A stretch of 64,000 bases of DNA from Spirochaetia bacterium (GTDB taxonomy: Bacteria > Spirochaetota > Spirochaetia > WTKD01 > G963693115): contig CBDDCA010000005.1 of assembly GCA_965226055.1 (NCBI GenBank), positions 384,001-448,000 of the forward strand, in the 5' to 3' direction. Shown here one piece after another: positions 40,992 through 51,118 of this stretch. Position 1 is the first letter of the stretch. Every line of letters begins with the position of its first letter. The notes under the pieces are model-generated. The model was not told the DNA's origin, searched no databases, and saw only the letters and a list, made by a program, of their open reading frames with translations. A program made the position numbers and the translations under genes.

Positions 40992-43900
40992 TTATCGGGT
41001 AGTAGTCAATTCGTCATATATACCTATAGAGGCTTTTGTGGGGTCGGTTGCATTGACTACTTGTATTACTATTGCATAGATGGTATCAGACTTAAGATTA
41101 GTTATATTTACGCTTGTTCCCTTTTTTACTACTAACGGGTTCTTATCTTCTGCTTTAACCTGTACTATACTTTTGGCCCACTTTCCTCTTTCTACCCGAT
41201 ATACTTTGTAATATACATCTGCCGCTGTGAGTTGCGTTCCATCTGCTTTCTTGTGAAGGAATGTAAATGTTGGGGCTTTCCATGATACCCTTATACTGGT
41301 ACTGGTAGAACTTCCTTTAATACTGCGCCATGAGGGGTCGTCTGGTGGGGTTCCAGCGGATGTAGTAGTTGCTTCTTTTCTTATTCCTGTAGAGACTTTT
41401 GTGGGATCGGTTGCATTGACTGCTTGTACTACTATTTCATAGGTGGTACCAGGGGTAAGATTGGTTATACTTGTACTTATTGTTCCTTTTCCTACTGCTA
41501 TCGGGCTCGTGTCTGCTGTTTTAATCTGTGCTATTGATCGGGCATTCTTTCCCTTTGCTACTCGATATACTTTGTAAGATACATCTGCCGTTGTGAGTTT
41601 CGTTCCATCTGCTTTCTTGTGATTGTTTGTAAGAGTTGGGGACTTCCATGATATGCCTATATTTGTTTTACGGGGTTGTGTTACTATAAGTCTTGCATCT
41701 GCTGGTGCATTTGCAAGGGATAAGGTAGTAACTTCTTTTCTTATTCCTGTAGAGACTTTTGCAGGAGCGGTGGAATTGATTGCTTGTACTACTATTTCAT
41801 AGGTGGTATAAGGGGTAAGATTGGTTATATTTGTATTTGTTGTTCCCTTCGCTACTGCTAGCGGGGTCCTGTCTGCTGCTTTAATCTCTGCTATTGTTCG
41901 GGCATTCTCTCCCTTTGCTACATGATACACTTTGTAAGATACATCTGCTGCTGTGAGCCTTTGTCCGTTTGTTTTCTTGTGAATGCTTGTAAGGGCTGGG
42001 ACTGTCCATGATACCCCTATACTGTCATCGGTTGGGCTTCCTGTAACACTACGGGCTTCTGGCGGTGCAGTGGCGTTATTAGTGGTAGTTACTTCTACTT
42101 TTACTCCTGTAGAGACTTTTGTGGGGGCAGTGGAATTGACTGCTTGTACTACTATTTCATAGGTGGTAGCAGGGGTAAGATTAGTTATATTTGTACTTGT
42201 TGTTCCCTTTGCTACTGCTATCGGATTCGTATCTGCTGCTTTAATCTCTGCTATTGTTCGGGCATTTTTTCCTTTTGCTACATGATATACTTTATACGAT
42301 ACATCTGCCGTTGTGAGTGTTTTTCCGTCTGGTTTCTTGTGAATATTAGTAAGAACAGGATCTCTCCATGATATAGTTGCACTGGTATCAATAAGACTTT
42401 CTGCGGTAACATTGCGGGCATCTGCTGGTGCATTGGCAGGGTTAGTGGTAGTTTCTTCTATTCTTACTCCTGTAGAGACTTTTGCAGGAGCGGTGGAATT
42501 GACTGCTTGTACTACTATTTCATAGGTGGTACTTCCAGTAAGATTAGTTATATTTGTGCTTGTTGTTCCTTTTGCTACTGCTAGTGGGGTCGTGTCTGCT
42601 GCTTTAATCTCTGCTATTGTTCGGGCATTCTTTCCTTTTGCTACTCGATATACTTTATACAATACATCTGCCGCTGTGAGTGCTTGTCCGTCTGTTTTTT
42701 TGTGACTGCTTGTAAGGGCTGGAGCTGTCCATGATACCGTTATACTATCATCGGTTGGGCTTCCTGTAACACTGCGAGCATCTGGCGGTGCGGTGGCATG
42801 ATTAGTGGTAGTTACTTCTACTTTTTCTCCTGTAGAGACTTTTGTGGTATCAGTGGAATTGATTGCTTGTACTACTATTTCATAGGTGGTATTTTCATTA
42901 AGATTAGTTATATTTATACTTGTTGTTCCCTTTGCTCCTGCAAGCGGGTTCAAATCTGCTGCTTTAATCTCTGCTATTGTTCGGCTCTTTGCTCCCTTTA
43001 CTACACGATATACTTTATAAGATATATCTGACGCTGTGAGTCTTTGTCCGTTTCTCTTTTGATGACTATCTCTAGGTAAAATTGACCAGTTTAGTGTTAT
43101 GCTGTTATCGGTTTTACCTATCACCACACTAGATATGTCTGGCGGTGCGGTGGCATGATTAGTGACAACTACAAATGCTTTGACTCCTGTAGAGACTTTT
43201 GTGGTATCGGTGGAATTGATTGCTTGTACTACTACTTCATAGGTAGCATTAGACTTAATATCAGGTACATTGATACTTGTTGTTCCCTTTGCTACTGCGA
43301 GCGGGTTCGGATCTGCTGCTTTAATCGCTGCTACTGATCGGAATCGGATACCTCTTTCTACACGATACACTTTGTAAGATACATCTGCCGTTGTGAGTCT
43401 TTGTCCGTTGGCTTTCTTGTGACTGCTTGTAAGCGTTGGGGCTTGCCATGATACTGTTACACTCCCATCATCGTTTAGGCCTCCTGTAATACTACTTGCC
43501 TCTGGCGGTGCAGTGGCGGAGTTCGTGGTAGTCACTTCTATTCTCACTCCTGTAGAAGATTTTGTTATATCTGTTGTATTAACTGCCTGCACTACTATTT
43601 CATAGGTGGTACTAAGGGTAAGATTAGTTATACTTGTGCTTGTTGTTCCCTTTGCTACTGCTATCGGAGTCTTATCTGCTGTTTTAATCTCTGCTACAGT
43701 TCGAGCATTTTTTCCCTTTGCTACCCGATACACTTTGTAAGATACATCTGCCGTTGTGAGTCTTTGTCCGTTGGCTTTTTTGTGACTGCCTGTAAGCGTT
43801 GGGGCTGTCCATGTTATTCTTGCACTTGTATCGGTTGGTCTTCCTCTAACATTGCTTGCGTCCGCTGGGGCAGTGGCGGGGTTTGTGGTGGCTACTTCTA

Positions 43901-46900
43901 TTCGTATGCCTGCAGAGGCTTTTGTGAAATCGGTAGAATTGACTGCTTGTACTACTATTTCATAGGTAGTACTTCCAATAAGATTATTTATAGTTGTGCT
44001 GGTTGTTCCTTTTGCCACTGCTAGTGGGGTCCTGTCTGCTGTTTTAATCTCTGCTATTGTTCGGGCATCACTTCCTTTTGCTACTCGGTATACTTTGTAA
44101 GATACATCTGCCTTTGTGAGTTGTGTTCCGTCTGCTTTCTTGTGACTGCTTGTAAGCGTTGGGGCTTGCCATGATACTGCTATACTGTCATCGCCTGGGC
44201 TTCCTCTTACACTGCTTGCATCTGCTGGTGCTGTTGCATGATTCTGTGCAAGGGTAGTTACTTCTATTCGTTTGCCTGTAGAGACTTTTGTAGTATCGGT
44301 AAAATTGACTGCTTGTACTACTATTTCATAGGTGGTATTAGGGGTAAGACTGGTTATAGTTGTGCTTGTTGTTCCCCTTGCTACTGCTAGCGGGTTCTTA
44401 TCTGCTGTTTTAATCTCTGCTATTGTTCGGGCATCGCTTCCTTTTGCTACACGATACACTTTGTAAGATACATCTGCCGTTGTGAGTCTTTGTCCGTCTG
44501 CTTTCTTATGGCTAGTAGTAAGCGTTGGAGCTTGCCATGTTATTCTTGCACTGGTATCGGTTGGGCTTCCTGTAACACTACTTGCCTCTGCTGGTGCGGT
44601 GGCAAGGTTATCGGTAGTTACTTCTATTCTTACTCCTGTAGAGGCTTTTGTGGTATCGGTAGAATTGATCGCTTGTACTACTATTTCATAGGTGGTACTA
44701 GGGGTAAGATTAGTTATAGTTGCACTTGTTGTTCCTTTTACTACTTCAAGCGGGGTCTTGTCTGCTGTTATAATCTGTGCTATTGATCGAGTGTTTGCTC
44801 CATTCTTTGCTACTCGATATACTTTGTAAGATACATCTGCCTTTGTGAGTTTCGTTCCATCTGCTTTCTTGTGACTGCTTGTAAGGGCTGGGGCTGTCCA
44901 TGATACCGCTACACTGTCATCGGTTGGATTTCCTGCAACACTGCTTGCATCTGCTGGCGCGGTGGCAGGGTTCGTGGTAGTCACTTCTATTCTCACTCCT
45001 GTAGAGACTTTTGTCGTATCGGTGGAGTTGATTGCTTGTACTACTATTTCATAGGTAGTACTTCCTGTAAGATTAGTTATAGTTGTGCTTTTTGTTCCCT
45101 TTGCTACTGCTAGCGGGGTCCTATCTGCTGTTTTAATCTCTGCTATTGTTCGAGCATTCCTTCCTTTTGCTACACGATATACTTTGTACGATACATCTGC
45201 CGTTGTGAGTCTTTGTCCATTTGCTTTCTTGTGGCTAGTAGTAAGCGTTGGATCTGTCCACGATAAAGTTGTACTTGAGGCTGTCGTGCTTCCTGCGGTA
45301 ACACTGCGGGCGTCTGCTGGTGCAGTGGCAGGGTTCGTGGTAGCAACTTCTATTCGTATGCCTGTAGAGGCTTTTGTAGAGTCGGTGGAATTGACTGCTT
45401 GTACTACTATTTCATAGGTGGTACTTCCTGTAAGATTAGTTATAGTTGTGCTTGTTGTTCCCTTTGCTACTTCCATCGGGGTCTTGTCTGCTTCTTTAAT
45501 CTCTGCTATTGTTCTGCTCTTTGCTCCCTTTACTACTCGGTATACTTTGTAATATACATCTGCCTTTGTGAGTTGTGTTCCGTCTGCTTTCTTATGACTA
45601 CTTGTAAAGGCTGGTGCTTGCCATGATACCCCTACACTGTCATCGGCTGGGCTTCCTACAACACTGCTTGCATCTGCTGGTGCTGTTGCGTGATTATTTG
45701 CAAGGGTAGTTACTTCTATTCGTTTGCCTGTAGAGACTTTTGTGGTATCGGTGGAATTGACTGCTTGTACCACTATTTCATAGGTGGTAGCAGGGGTAAG
45801 ACTGGTTATATTTGTACTTGTTGTTCCCTTTGCTACTGCTAGCGGGTTATTATCTGCTGTTTTAATCTCTGCTACTGTTCGGACACCGTTTCCCTTTACT
45901 ACTCGGTATACTTTGTAAGATACATCTGCCTCTGTGAGTCTTTGTCCGTTTGCTTTTTTATGACTGCCTGTAAGTGCTGGTGCTTGCCATGTTATTCTTG
46001 CACTGGTATCGGCTGGGCTTCCTGCAACACTGCTTGCATCTGCTGGTGCAGTGGCGGGGTTATTGGTAGCTACTTCTATTCGTTTGCCTGTAGAGGCTTT
46101 TGTAGAGTCGGTGGAATTGACTGCTTGTACTACTATTTCATAGGTGGTACTTCCTGTAAGATTAGTTATAGTTGTGCTTGTTGTTCCCTTTGCTACTTCC
46201 ATCGGGGTCTTATCTGCTTCTTTAATCTCTGCTATTGTTCTGCTCTTTGCTCCCTTTACTACTCGGTATACTTTGTAATATATATCTGCCTTTGTGAGTT
46301 GTGTTCCGTCTGCTTTCTTGTGACTGCTTGTAAGGGCTGGGGCTTGCCATGATACCCCTATACTGTCATCAGCTGGGCTTCCTCTCACACTGCTTGCATC
46401 TGCTGGCGCGGTGGCTTGATTATTTACAAGGGTAGTTACTTCTATTCGTATGCCTGTAGAGGCTTTTGTGGTATCGGTGGAATTAACTGTTTGTACTACT
46501 ACTTCATAGGTGGTATTAGGCTTAAGATTAGTTATAGTTGTACTTGTTGTCGTTCCTTTTGCTACTTCAAGCGGGGACTTGTCTGCAATTATAATATTCG
46601 CTACTGTTCGGGCGTCTACTCCCTTTGCTACATGATATACCTTATACGATACATCTGCCGTTGTGAGTTGCGTTCCATCTGCTTTCTTGTGACTGGTATT
46701 AAGTGTTGGAGCTTGCCATGTTATTCTTGCACTGGTATCAGTTGGGCTTCCTGTAACAACGCGGGCGTCTGCGGGGACAGTTGAGGGGTTTAGGACAGTC
46801 ACTTCTACTCTTATTCCTGTAGAGATTTTCGTTGTATCCACTGCATTGACTGCCTGTACTACTATTTCATAGGTGGTATCAAGTTTACGATTATTTATAT

Positions 46901-47255
46901 TTATCGTTGTTATTCCTTTTTTTACCTTTGCAGGCGATTTATCTAATGCTATAATACTCGCTACTGTTCGGCTTTTTGCCCCCTTCTCTACTATAAAAAC
47001 ATTATACGATATATCTGCTTTTGTGAGTTGTGTTCCGTCTTTCTTTTTATGGCTAGCGGTAAGTGTGGGAGCTGTCCATGATAATATAATACTTCTGTTG
47101 ATAGTTTTATATGTAATATCTTTTACTTCTGCTAATCCAGTCGCAGAGGATAGTACATCATCCCCACTACCAGAGCTAGTCGAAGTGTTGGCCTCACAGC
47201 TACTTATCAAAACAATAAAAACAATAAAAATAATAAAATATACATTCTTTTTCAT
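40992..47255 (-). CDS. Giant lipoprotein of 17 tandem FN3-like repeats
   Basis: Lipobox LISSC; 17 units of ~120 aa (W.AP...YKVY...TTYEIVVQAVN); AAGGAG RBS before ATG 47255. Confidence 0.93.
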   Translation of the reverse strand: MKKNVYFIIFIVFIVLISSCEANTSTSSGSGDDVLSSATGLAEVKDITYKTINRSIILSWTAPTLTASHKKKDGTQLTKADISYNVFIVEKGAKSRTVASIIALDKSPAKVKKGITTININNRKLDTTYEIVVQAVNAVDTTKISTGIRVEVTVLNPSTVPADARVVTGSPTDTSARITWQAPTLNTSHKKADGTQLTTADVSYKVYHVAKGVDARTVANIIIADKSPLEVAKGTTTSTTITNLKPNTTYEVVVQTVNSTDTTKASTGIRIEVTTLVNNQATAPADASSVRGSPADDSIGVSWQAPALTSSHKKADGTQLTKADIYYKVYRVVKGAKSRTIAEIKEADKTPMEVAKGTTSTTITNLTGSTTYEIVVQAVNSTDSTKASTGKRIEVATNNPATAPADASSVAGSPADTSARITWQAPALTGSHKKANGQRLTEADVSYKVYRVVKGNGVRTVAEIKTADNNPLAVAKGTTSTNITSLTPATTYEIVVQAVNSTDTTKVSTGKRIEVTTLANNHATAPADASSVVGSPADDSVGVSWQAPAFTSSHKKADGTQLTKADVYYKVYRVVKGAKSRTIAEIKEADKTPMEVAKGTTSTTITNLTGSTTYEIVVQAVNSTDSTKASTGIRIEVATTNPATAPADARSVTAGSTTASSTTLSWTDPTLTTSHKKANGQRLTTADVSYKVYRVAKGRNARTIAEIKTADRTPLAVAKGTKSTTITNLTGSTTYEIVVQAINSTDTTKVSTGVRIEVTTTNPATAPADASSVAGNPTDDSVAVSWTAPALTSSHKKADGTKLTKADVSYKVYRVAKNGANTRSIAQIITADKTPLEVVKGTTSATITNLTPSTTYEIVVQAINSTDTTKASTGVRIEVTTDNLATAPAEASSVTGSPTDTSARITWQAPTLTTSHKKADGQRLTTADVSYKVYRVAKGSDARTIAEIKTADKNPLAVARGTTSTTITSLTPNTTYEIVVQAVNFTDTTKVSTGKRIEVTTLAQNHATAPADASSVRGSPGDDSIAVSWQAPTLTSSHKKADGTQLTKADVSYKVYRVAKGSDARTIAEIKTADRTPLAVAKGTTSTTINNLIGSTTYEIVVQAVNSTDFTKASAGIRIEVATTNPATAPADASNVRGRPTDTSARITWTAPTLTGSHKKANGQRLTTADVSYKVYRVAKGKNARTVAEIKTADKTPIAVAKGTTSTSITNLTLSTTYEIVVQAVNTTDITKSSTGVRIEVTTTNSATAPPEASSITGGLNDDGSVTVSWQAPTLTSSHKKANGQRLTTADVSYKVYRVERGIRFRSVAAIKAADPNPLAVAKGTTSINVPDIKSNATYEVVVQAINSTDTTKVSTGVKAFVVVTNHATAPPDISSVVIGKTDNSITLNWSILPRDSHQKRNGQRLTASDISYKVYRVVKGAKSRTIAEIKAADLNPLAGAKGTTSINITNLNENTTYEIVVQAINSTDTTKVSTGEKVEVTTTNHATAPPDARSVTGSPTDDSITVSWTAPALTSSHKKTDGQALTAADVLYKVYRVAKGKNARTIAEIKAADTTPLAVAKGTTSTNITNLTGSTTYEIVVQAVNSTAPAKVSTGVRIEETTTNPANAPADARNVTAESLIDTSATISWRDPVLTNIHKKPDGKTLTTADVSYKVYHVAKGKNARTIAEIKAADTNPIAVAKGTTSTNITNLTPATTYEIVVQAVNSTAPTKVSTGVKVEVTTTNNATAPPEARSVTGSPTDDSIGVSWTVPALTSIHKKTNGQRLTAADVSYKVYHVAKGENARTIAEIKAADRTPLAVAKGTTNTNITNLTPYTTYEIVVQAINSTAPAKVSTGIRKEVTTLSLANAPADARLIVTQPRKTNIGISWKSPTLTNNHKKADGTKLTTADVSYKVYRVAKGKNARSIAQIKTADTSPIAVGKGTISTSITNLTPGTTYEIVVQAVNATDPTKVSTGIRKEATTTSAGTPPDDPSWRSIKGSSTSTSIRVSWKAPTFTFLHKKADGTQLTAADVYYKVYRVERGKWAKSIVQVKAEDKNPLVVKKGTSVNITNLKSDTIYAIVIQVVNATDPTKASIGIYDELTTTR

Positions 47256-47614
47256 ACTTATCTCCTTTTTCAAGCTTAACGCTTAAATTTTTAATTCAGA
47301 TTACTATAACTATAAAGAAAAAAAAGATAAAGTTCAATACAAAAACATCTATTTTTTAAAAAATAGCCTTTTTTTCTCAATTTTAAGAAATATTTAAGTA
47401 AAATACTTAAATGAAATTGCACCAAAAGTATACATCAGATGGTAAAACTCCACAAATATATGTCTCTATTATGTAATAAAAACATATATGTATTTCTATT
47501 TACCATATATAATATCTTACATAATCTATTGTCATTGTTTTGAAAAATATATTACTTAACATTATAATTAATACAACAGCATACTATATATATGCTAATA
47601 CAAAGGAGGAAACG

Positions 47615-48631
47615 ATGGTAAAAATAGGAATAGTAGGATTAGGAAGATTAGGAAAGAATCATGCAATAAACATTAGTCGCACTAATAATTGTAGCTTAAC
47701 TGCAGCTTGTAGTGTAATACAAGAAGAACTTGACTGGGCAAAACAACAATTTCCCACCATTACTCCCTATACATCCTATGACAAAATGTTAGAGAAAGCA
47801 GATATTGATGCTGTCTTCTTGGTAACTACTACTAAATTTCATGCAACACAAATAATGAAAGGGTTTGAAGCAGGCAAGCATGTGTTCTGTGAAAAACCTC
47901 TCGCTATTGATGTAGCAACAGCTCGCTCTATTATGAATGCACTTGAAGAATATGAAAAGAAATATACTTTTATGCTTGGTTTTGTGAGACGCTTTGATCC
48001 TGCACATATGTATGCAAAAAAAAGAATTGATGAAGGTATTATTGGAGAACCATTTATGGTATATTCTCAAACTGCCGATCATAATGATTTCGCTCCGTTT
48101 CAAGTAACATTTACTCCACAAGCAGGGGGAATATTTCATGACATGAATGTACACGATATAGATCTTGCTCGTTGGTTCTTATCTTCAGAAATACAAACAG
48201 TATATGCAACAGGAGGAGCTTTTGTACATAAAGAGTTTGAAACTATCAATGACGCAGATAATACTGTTGTAAACTGTCAATGTAACAGCGGAAAGATAGC
48301 CATTATATCAGCAAGTCGTACTTCTTTTTATGGACATGATACTCGCATAGAAATAATAGGAAGCAAAGGAAGGATACGTATAGGCTACACTCCTGCAAAT
48401 GCTGACATAGATATACTTGACACACAAGGCATGAGAAAAGAATGCGTATACACATTTTATGATAGATTTGAACAAGGATTTAAGAATGAAGTGCAAATAT
48501 TTGTAGACTGTATTATGCAAAACAAAGCATCTCCAGTTACAGCAAAAGATAGCCTCTTACCTAGCATAGTAGCTGAGGCGTTTACCCTATCGTTTAAGGA
48601 AAAAAGAGTAGTATCAGTGGATGAAGTATAA
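47615..48631 (+). CDS. Gfo/Idh/MocA oxidoreductase, inositol 2-dehydrogenase-like
   Basis: GLGRLG, CEKP, GFVRRFD, DMNVHD, YGHD; GGAGG RBS. Confidence 0.9.
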   Translation: MVKIGIVGLGRLGKNHAINISRTNNCSLTAACSVIQEELDWAKQQFPTITPYTSYDKMLEKADIDAVFLVTTTKFHATQIMKGFEAGKHVFCEKPLAIDVATARSIMNALEEYEKKYTFMLGFVRRFDPAHMYAKKRIDEGIIGEPFMVYSQTADHNDFAPFQVTFTPQAGGIFHDMNVHDIDLARWFLSSEIQTVYATGGAFVHKEFETINDADNTVVNCQCNSGKIAIISASRTSFYGHDTRIEIIGSKGRIRIGYTPANADIDILDTQGMRKECVYTFYDRFEQGFKNEVQIFVDCIMQNKASPVTAKDSLLPSIVAEAFTLSFKEKRVVSVDEV

Positions 48632-48801
48632 AAAGATACTTTCACCTCATGAGACATGCTATGAGACTATCTATCCTGTATCACCAATACTTACTATACT
48701 TATTATACTATATAAAACCTATAAGCATATAACAAAAATATCGAAACTATAGTATAATATATAGTGTATGTATATATAACTTATATACAAAAGGAGTTTT
48801 T

Positions 48802-49002
48802 ATGTATAGATTATCCCCACGTGCAAGTTTTTTAGAAGGATTTGCGAGAACTATTGATTTCGATAATAACTTACAGCAATATAATCACTCAGAATCATGG
48901 AAAGAGGCAGACGCACGAGCATTGTATTCAGATTTTTTAGCAGTAGGAAATGATTTTATGGAATTTTTAGAAGAAAATTATTCTTATGTCGAAGAAGAGT
49001 AA
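48802..49002 (+). CDS. Small acidic protein upstream of DUF2335 gene
   Basis: AAGGAG RBS; SFLEG.AR..D...ADARAL.SD..VG.D; overlaps next start. Confidence 0.75.
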   Translation: MYRLSPRASFLEGFARTIDFDNNLQQYNHSESWKEADARALYSDFLAVGNDFMEFLEENYSYVEEE

Positions 49003-49432
49003 AAAGAAGAGAAAACCTCATTTCATTGAAAAACGAAAAGCTGCAATTAACAAAAGAGAAGTAGCAGAATTTTCTCTTAAAATGCAACATATACGTATAT
49101 CTAGCCCCATACCTCCACCAGAAATAATGAAAGGATACAATGCGTTGATGCCAGATGCAATGGAAAAATTCTTTGCATTAGCCGAAAAACAAAGCAATCA
49201 TAGACAAGAAATAGAAAAAATAGAAGTAATAAATCAAAACAAAAGAGCAAATATAGGTCTTTGGGCGGCATGGTCAATTTCCTTCTTATGTATTATTATA
49301 GGGGCTTTTCTTATATATAAAGACAAACCTATATCTGGATTTACCTTAATTACAAGTACAGTGATATCTAGAATGTTCTCTTTTATAGTAGCGAAGCATA
49401 ATAGAGACAAAGATATAGAAAAGCATAAATAA
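48986..49432 (+). CDS. DUF2335-like membrane protein
   Basis: SPIPPPEIMKGY...AEKQSNHR followed by two TM helices. Confidence 0.8.
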   Translation: MSKKSKKKRKPHFIEKRKAAINKREVAEFSLKMQHIRISSPIPPPEIMKGYNALMPDAMEKFFALAEKQSNHRQEIEKIEVINQNKRANIGLWAAWSISFLCIIIGAFLIYKDKPISGFTLITSTVISRMFSFIVAKHNRDKDIEKHK

Positions 49433-49470
49433 GCAAAATAGGAATTATATTATTATGATATAATCAGAAT

Positions 49471-50298
49471 ATGAAAAAACTTTTTTCATACATTGGCAAA
49501 TCTCTATTGTTTGTAATAGTATTATTCTTTATATATGCTTTCTTTATTGGTTGGGTAAACATATGGATTAAAGACGGGCATGCAGGAGTATTATACTTCA
49601 TATCCTCTTCAAAAGATGATAATACCCCCAAAGACGATGTCCCACAAGTTTCAGATTATACGTTAATAGAAAAAAGTAATTATTATTGGCATTGGAAGCG
49701 TATTATGCCCTTTCAAACTCAGTTACTACAAGTCCCTCTTTTTCTTCAATCTATAACAATCCCCATACACTACTATCTCCCTAACGCACAATTATACAGT
49801 GAAAAAATATATGAATCAGAAGATATTTTTCTTAGCACTGGTGAAGTAACTATTGATTATCGTATAGATAGCAAGCAAATACTATCATTTATCACAAACA
49901 ATAAACTTATCGCCAGCGAAGATACTATACGCAGTATAGAGCGAAATATTGTAAACGATATAATACAAGCAAGCATACAAAGCATCGAAAGCGACAATAT
50001 CAATACTCTTAAAAATACATTATACGCTATAGCTTCACGATCCCCTATCACTAACACTGTTGTCAATGTTTCTTTCCAAAAAACTCCAGATTATGATACT
50101 TACACATTAACTAAAACGCTCTACCATAACGAAATATCGAAAAATATAAATACAACTGAAAATAAACAGCAAAATTATAATCAAGAGTATCTATTTTTAC
50201 TGCGAAACCTATCTTCTCTTATAAAACAAACACCTGAGACATTAGAGCTGATAAAACTACTCCCTCCAGAAAAAATCAGGTCACTGTTGGATGAATAA
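49471..50298 (+). CDS. Hypothetical membrane-anchored protein
   Basis: 275-aa ORF with N-terminal TM; weak resemblance to SPFH-like proteins. Confidence 0.7.
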   Translation: MKKLFSYIGKSLLFVIVLFFIYAFFIGWVNIWIKDGHAGVLYFISSSKDDNTPKDDVPQVSDYTLIEKSNYYWHWKRIMPFQTQLLQVPLFLQSITIPIHYYLPNAQLYSEKIYESEDIFLSTGEVTIDYRIDSKQILSFITNNKLIASEDTIRSIERNIVNDIIQASIQSIESDNINTLKNTLYAIASRSPITNTVVNVSFQKTPDYDTYTLTKTLYHNEISKNINTTENKQQNYNQEYLFLLRNLSSLIKQTPETLELIKLLPPEKIRSLLDE

Positions 50299-50331
50299 CA
50301 GGTAATGTATAGGACGCGGACGCACCATAAC

Positions 50332-51024
50332 CTATACTATTGTAGGATACTCAATAATATTATTATGCTCCCATATTGCCATCATTGCCCCTTTCTGAAG
50401 GCATAGCATTACTGTATCCTCTTTGCATTCATTACTTACACTGACAAAGCCATTATGTAATGTAATCTCATCAAGCTCCCATTTTAGCCCTTTACTTTTT
50501 GCTTGTGTGCTACTATAAGGAAAAGGAAATACAGAAAATATACTCCCTTTTGTAACATTCATGGTATATTGCTTTTGTATTTCTGTGATACATTCAATAT
50601 GATATTTCTCAGTAATGATACGTGTAGGAGCAAGCGTATCAAAAAACAGGTATAATAGTCCAATAAAATGATCAACTCTCCCTACACTACTCCCTATAAT
50701 ACTTATGTCAGTATATCCCCTTTCTTTTACATACTGTAAGCAAAGTTCTGTATCTGTTTTGTCTTTATCTTTGTTAAAAGTATATACTTGTACAGTAGAC
50801 GGAACAGATGAAAACACCTCCTGAGGAACAGAATCCATATCTCCCATAAATACATCGGGAACATACCCTAATGAAGTACATAAAGTATATCCAGAATCTG
50901 CAGCAAGAACAAGATCTACATCCCATGTAATAACAGTACTCTTATGAGGACCTCCTCCTCCAGTAAAAATAAAACAAGATGCTGTCTCAGCACATGACGT
51001 ACGAAAAGAAGATACTTTTTTCAT
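50332..51024 (-). CDS. thiN: Thiamine diphosphokinase
   Basis: AADSG, GDMDS, KDKTDTE, GRVDH, GLKW, VSNE; start adjusted to avoid the flaB promoter. Confidence 0.92.
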   Translation of the reverse strand: MKKVSSFRTSCAETASCFIFTGGGGPHKSTVITWDVDLVLAADSGYTLCTSLGYVPDVFMGDMDSVPQEVFSSVPSTVQVYTFNKDKDKTDTELCLQYVKERGYTDISIIGSSVGRVDHFIGLLYLFFDTLAPTRIITEKYHIECITEIQKQYTMNVTKGSIFSVFPFPYSSTQAKSKGLKWELDEITLHNGFVSVSNECKEDTVMLCLQKGAMMAIWEHNNIIEYPTIV

Positions 51025-51030
51025 TATTAC

Positions 51031-51058
51031 TAAATAGTATACCATAATATACCGATAT
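51031..51058 (+). promoter_or_regulatory. Sigma28 (FliA) promoter of flaB
   Basis: TAAA-N16-ACCGATAT. Confidence 0.8.
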
Positions 51059-51063
51059 AGACT

Positions 51064-51089
51064 TATAGAGGGCAAGGAAGCCCTCTATA
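51064..51089 (+). promoter_or_regulatory. GGA-loop hairpin, putative CsrA site in flaB leader
   Basis: tatagagggc-AAGGAA-gccctctata; further GGA motifs at the RBS. Confidence 0.7.
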
Positions 51090-51118
51090 TAAAAATTTTA
51101 CCAAGGAAGGAGTATATT

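Noticed and set aside
40992-47255. CRISPR-like or non-coding repeat array
   Set aside because: Repeats are ~360-bp in-frame protein domains with no repeat-spacer structure and no cas genes
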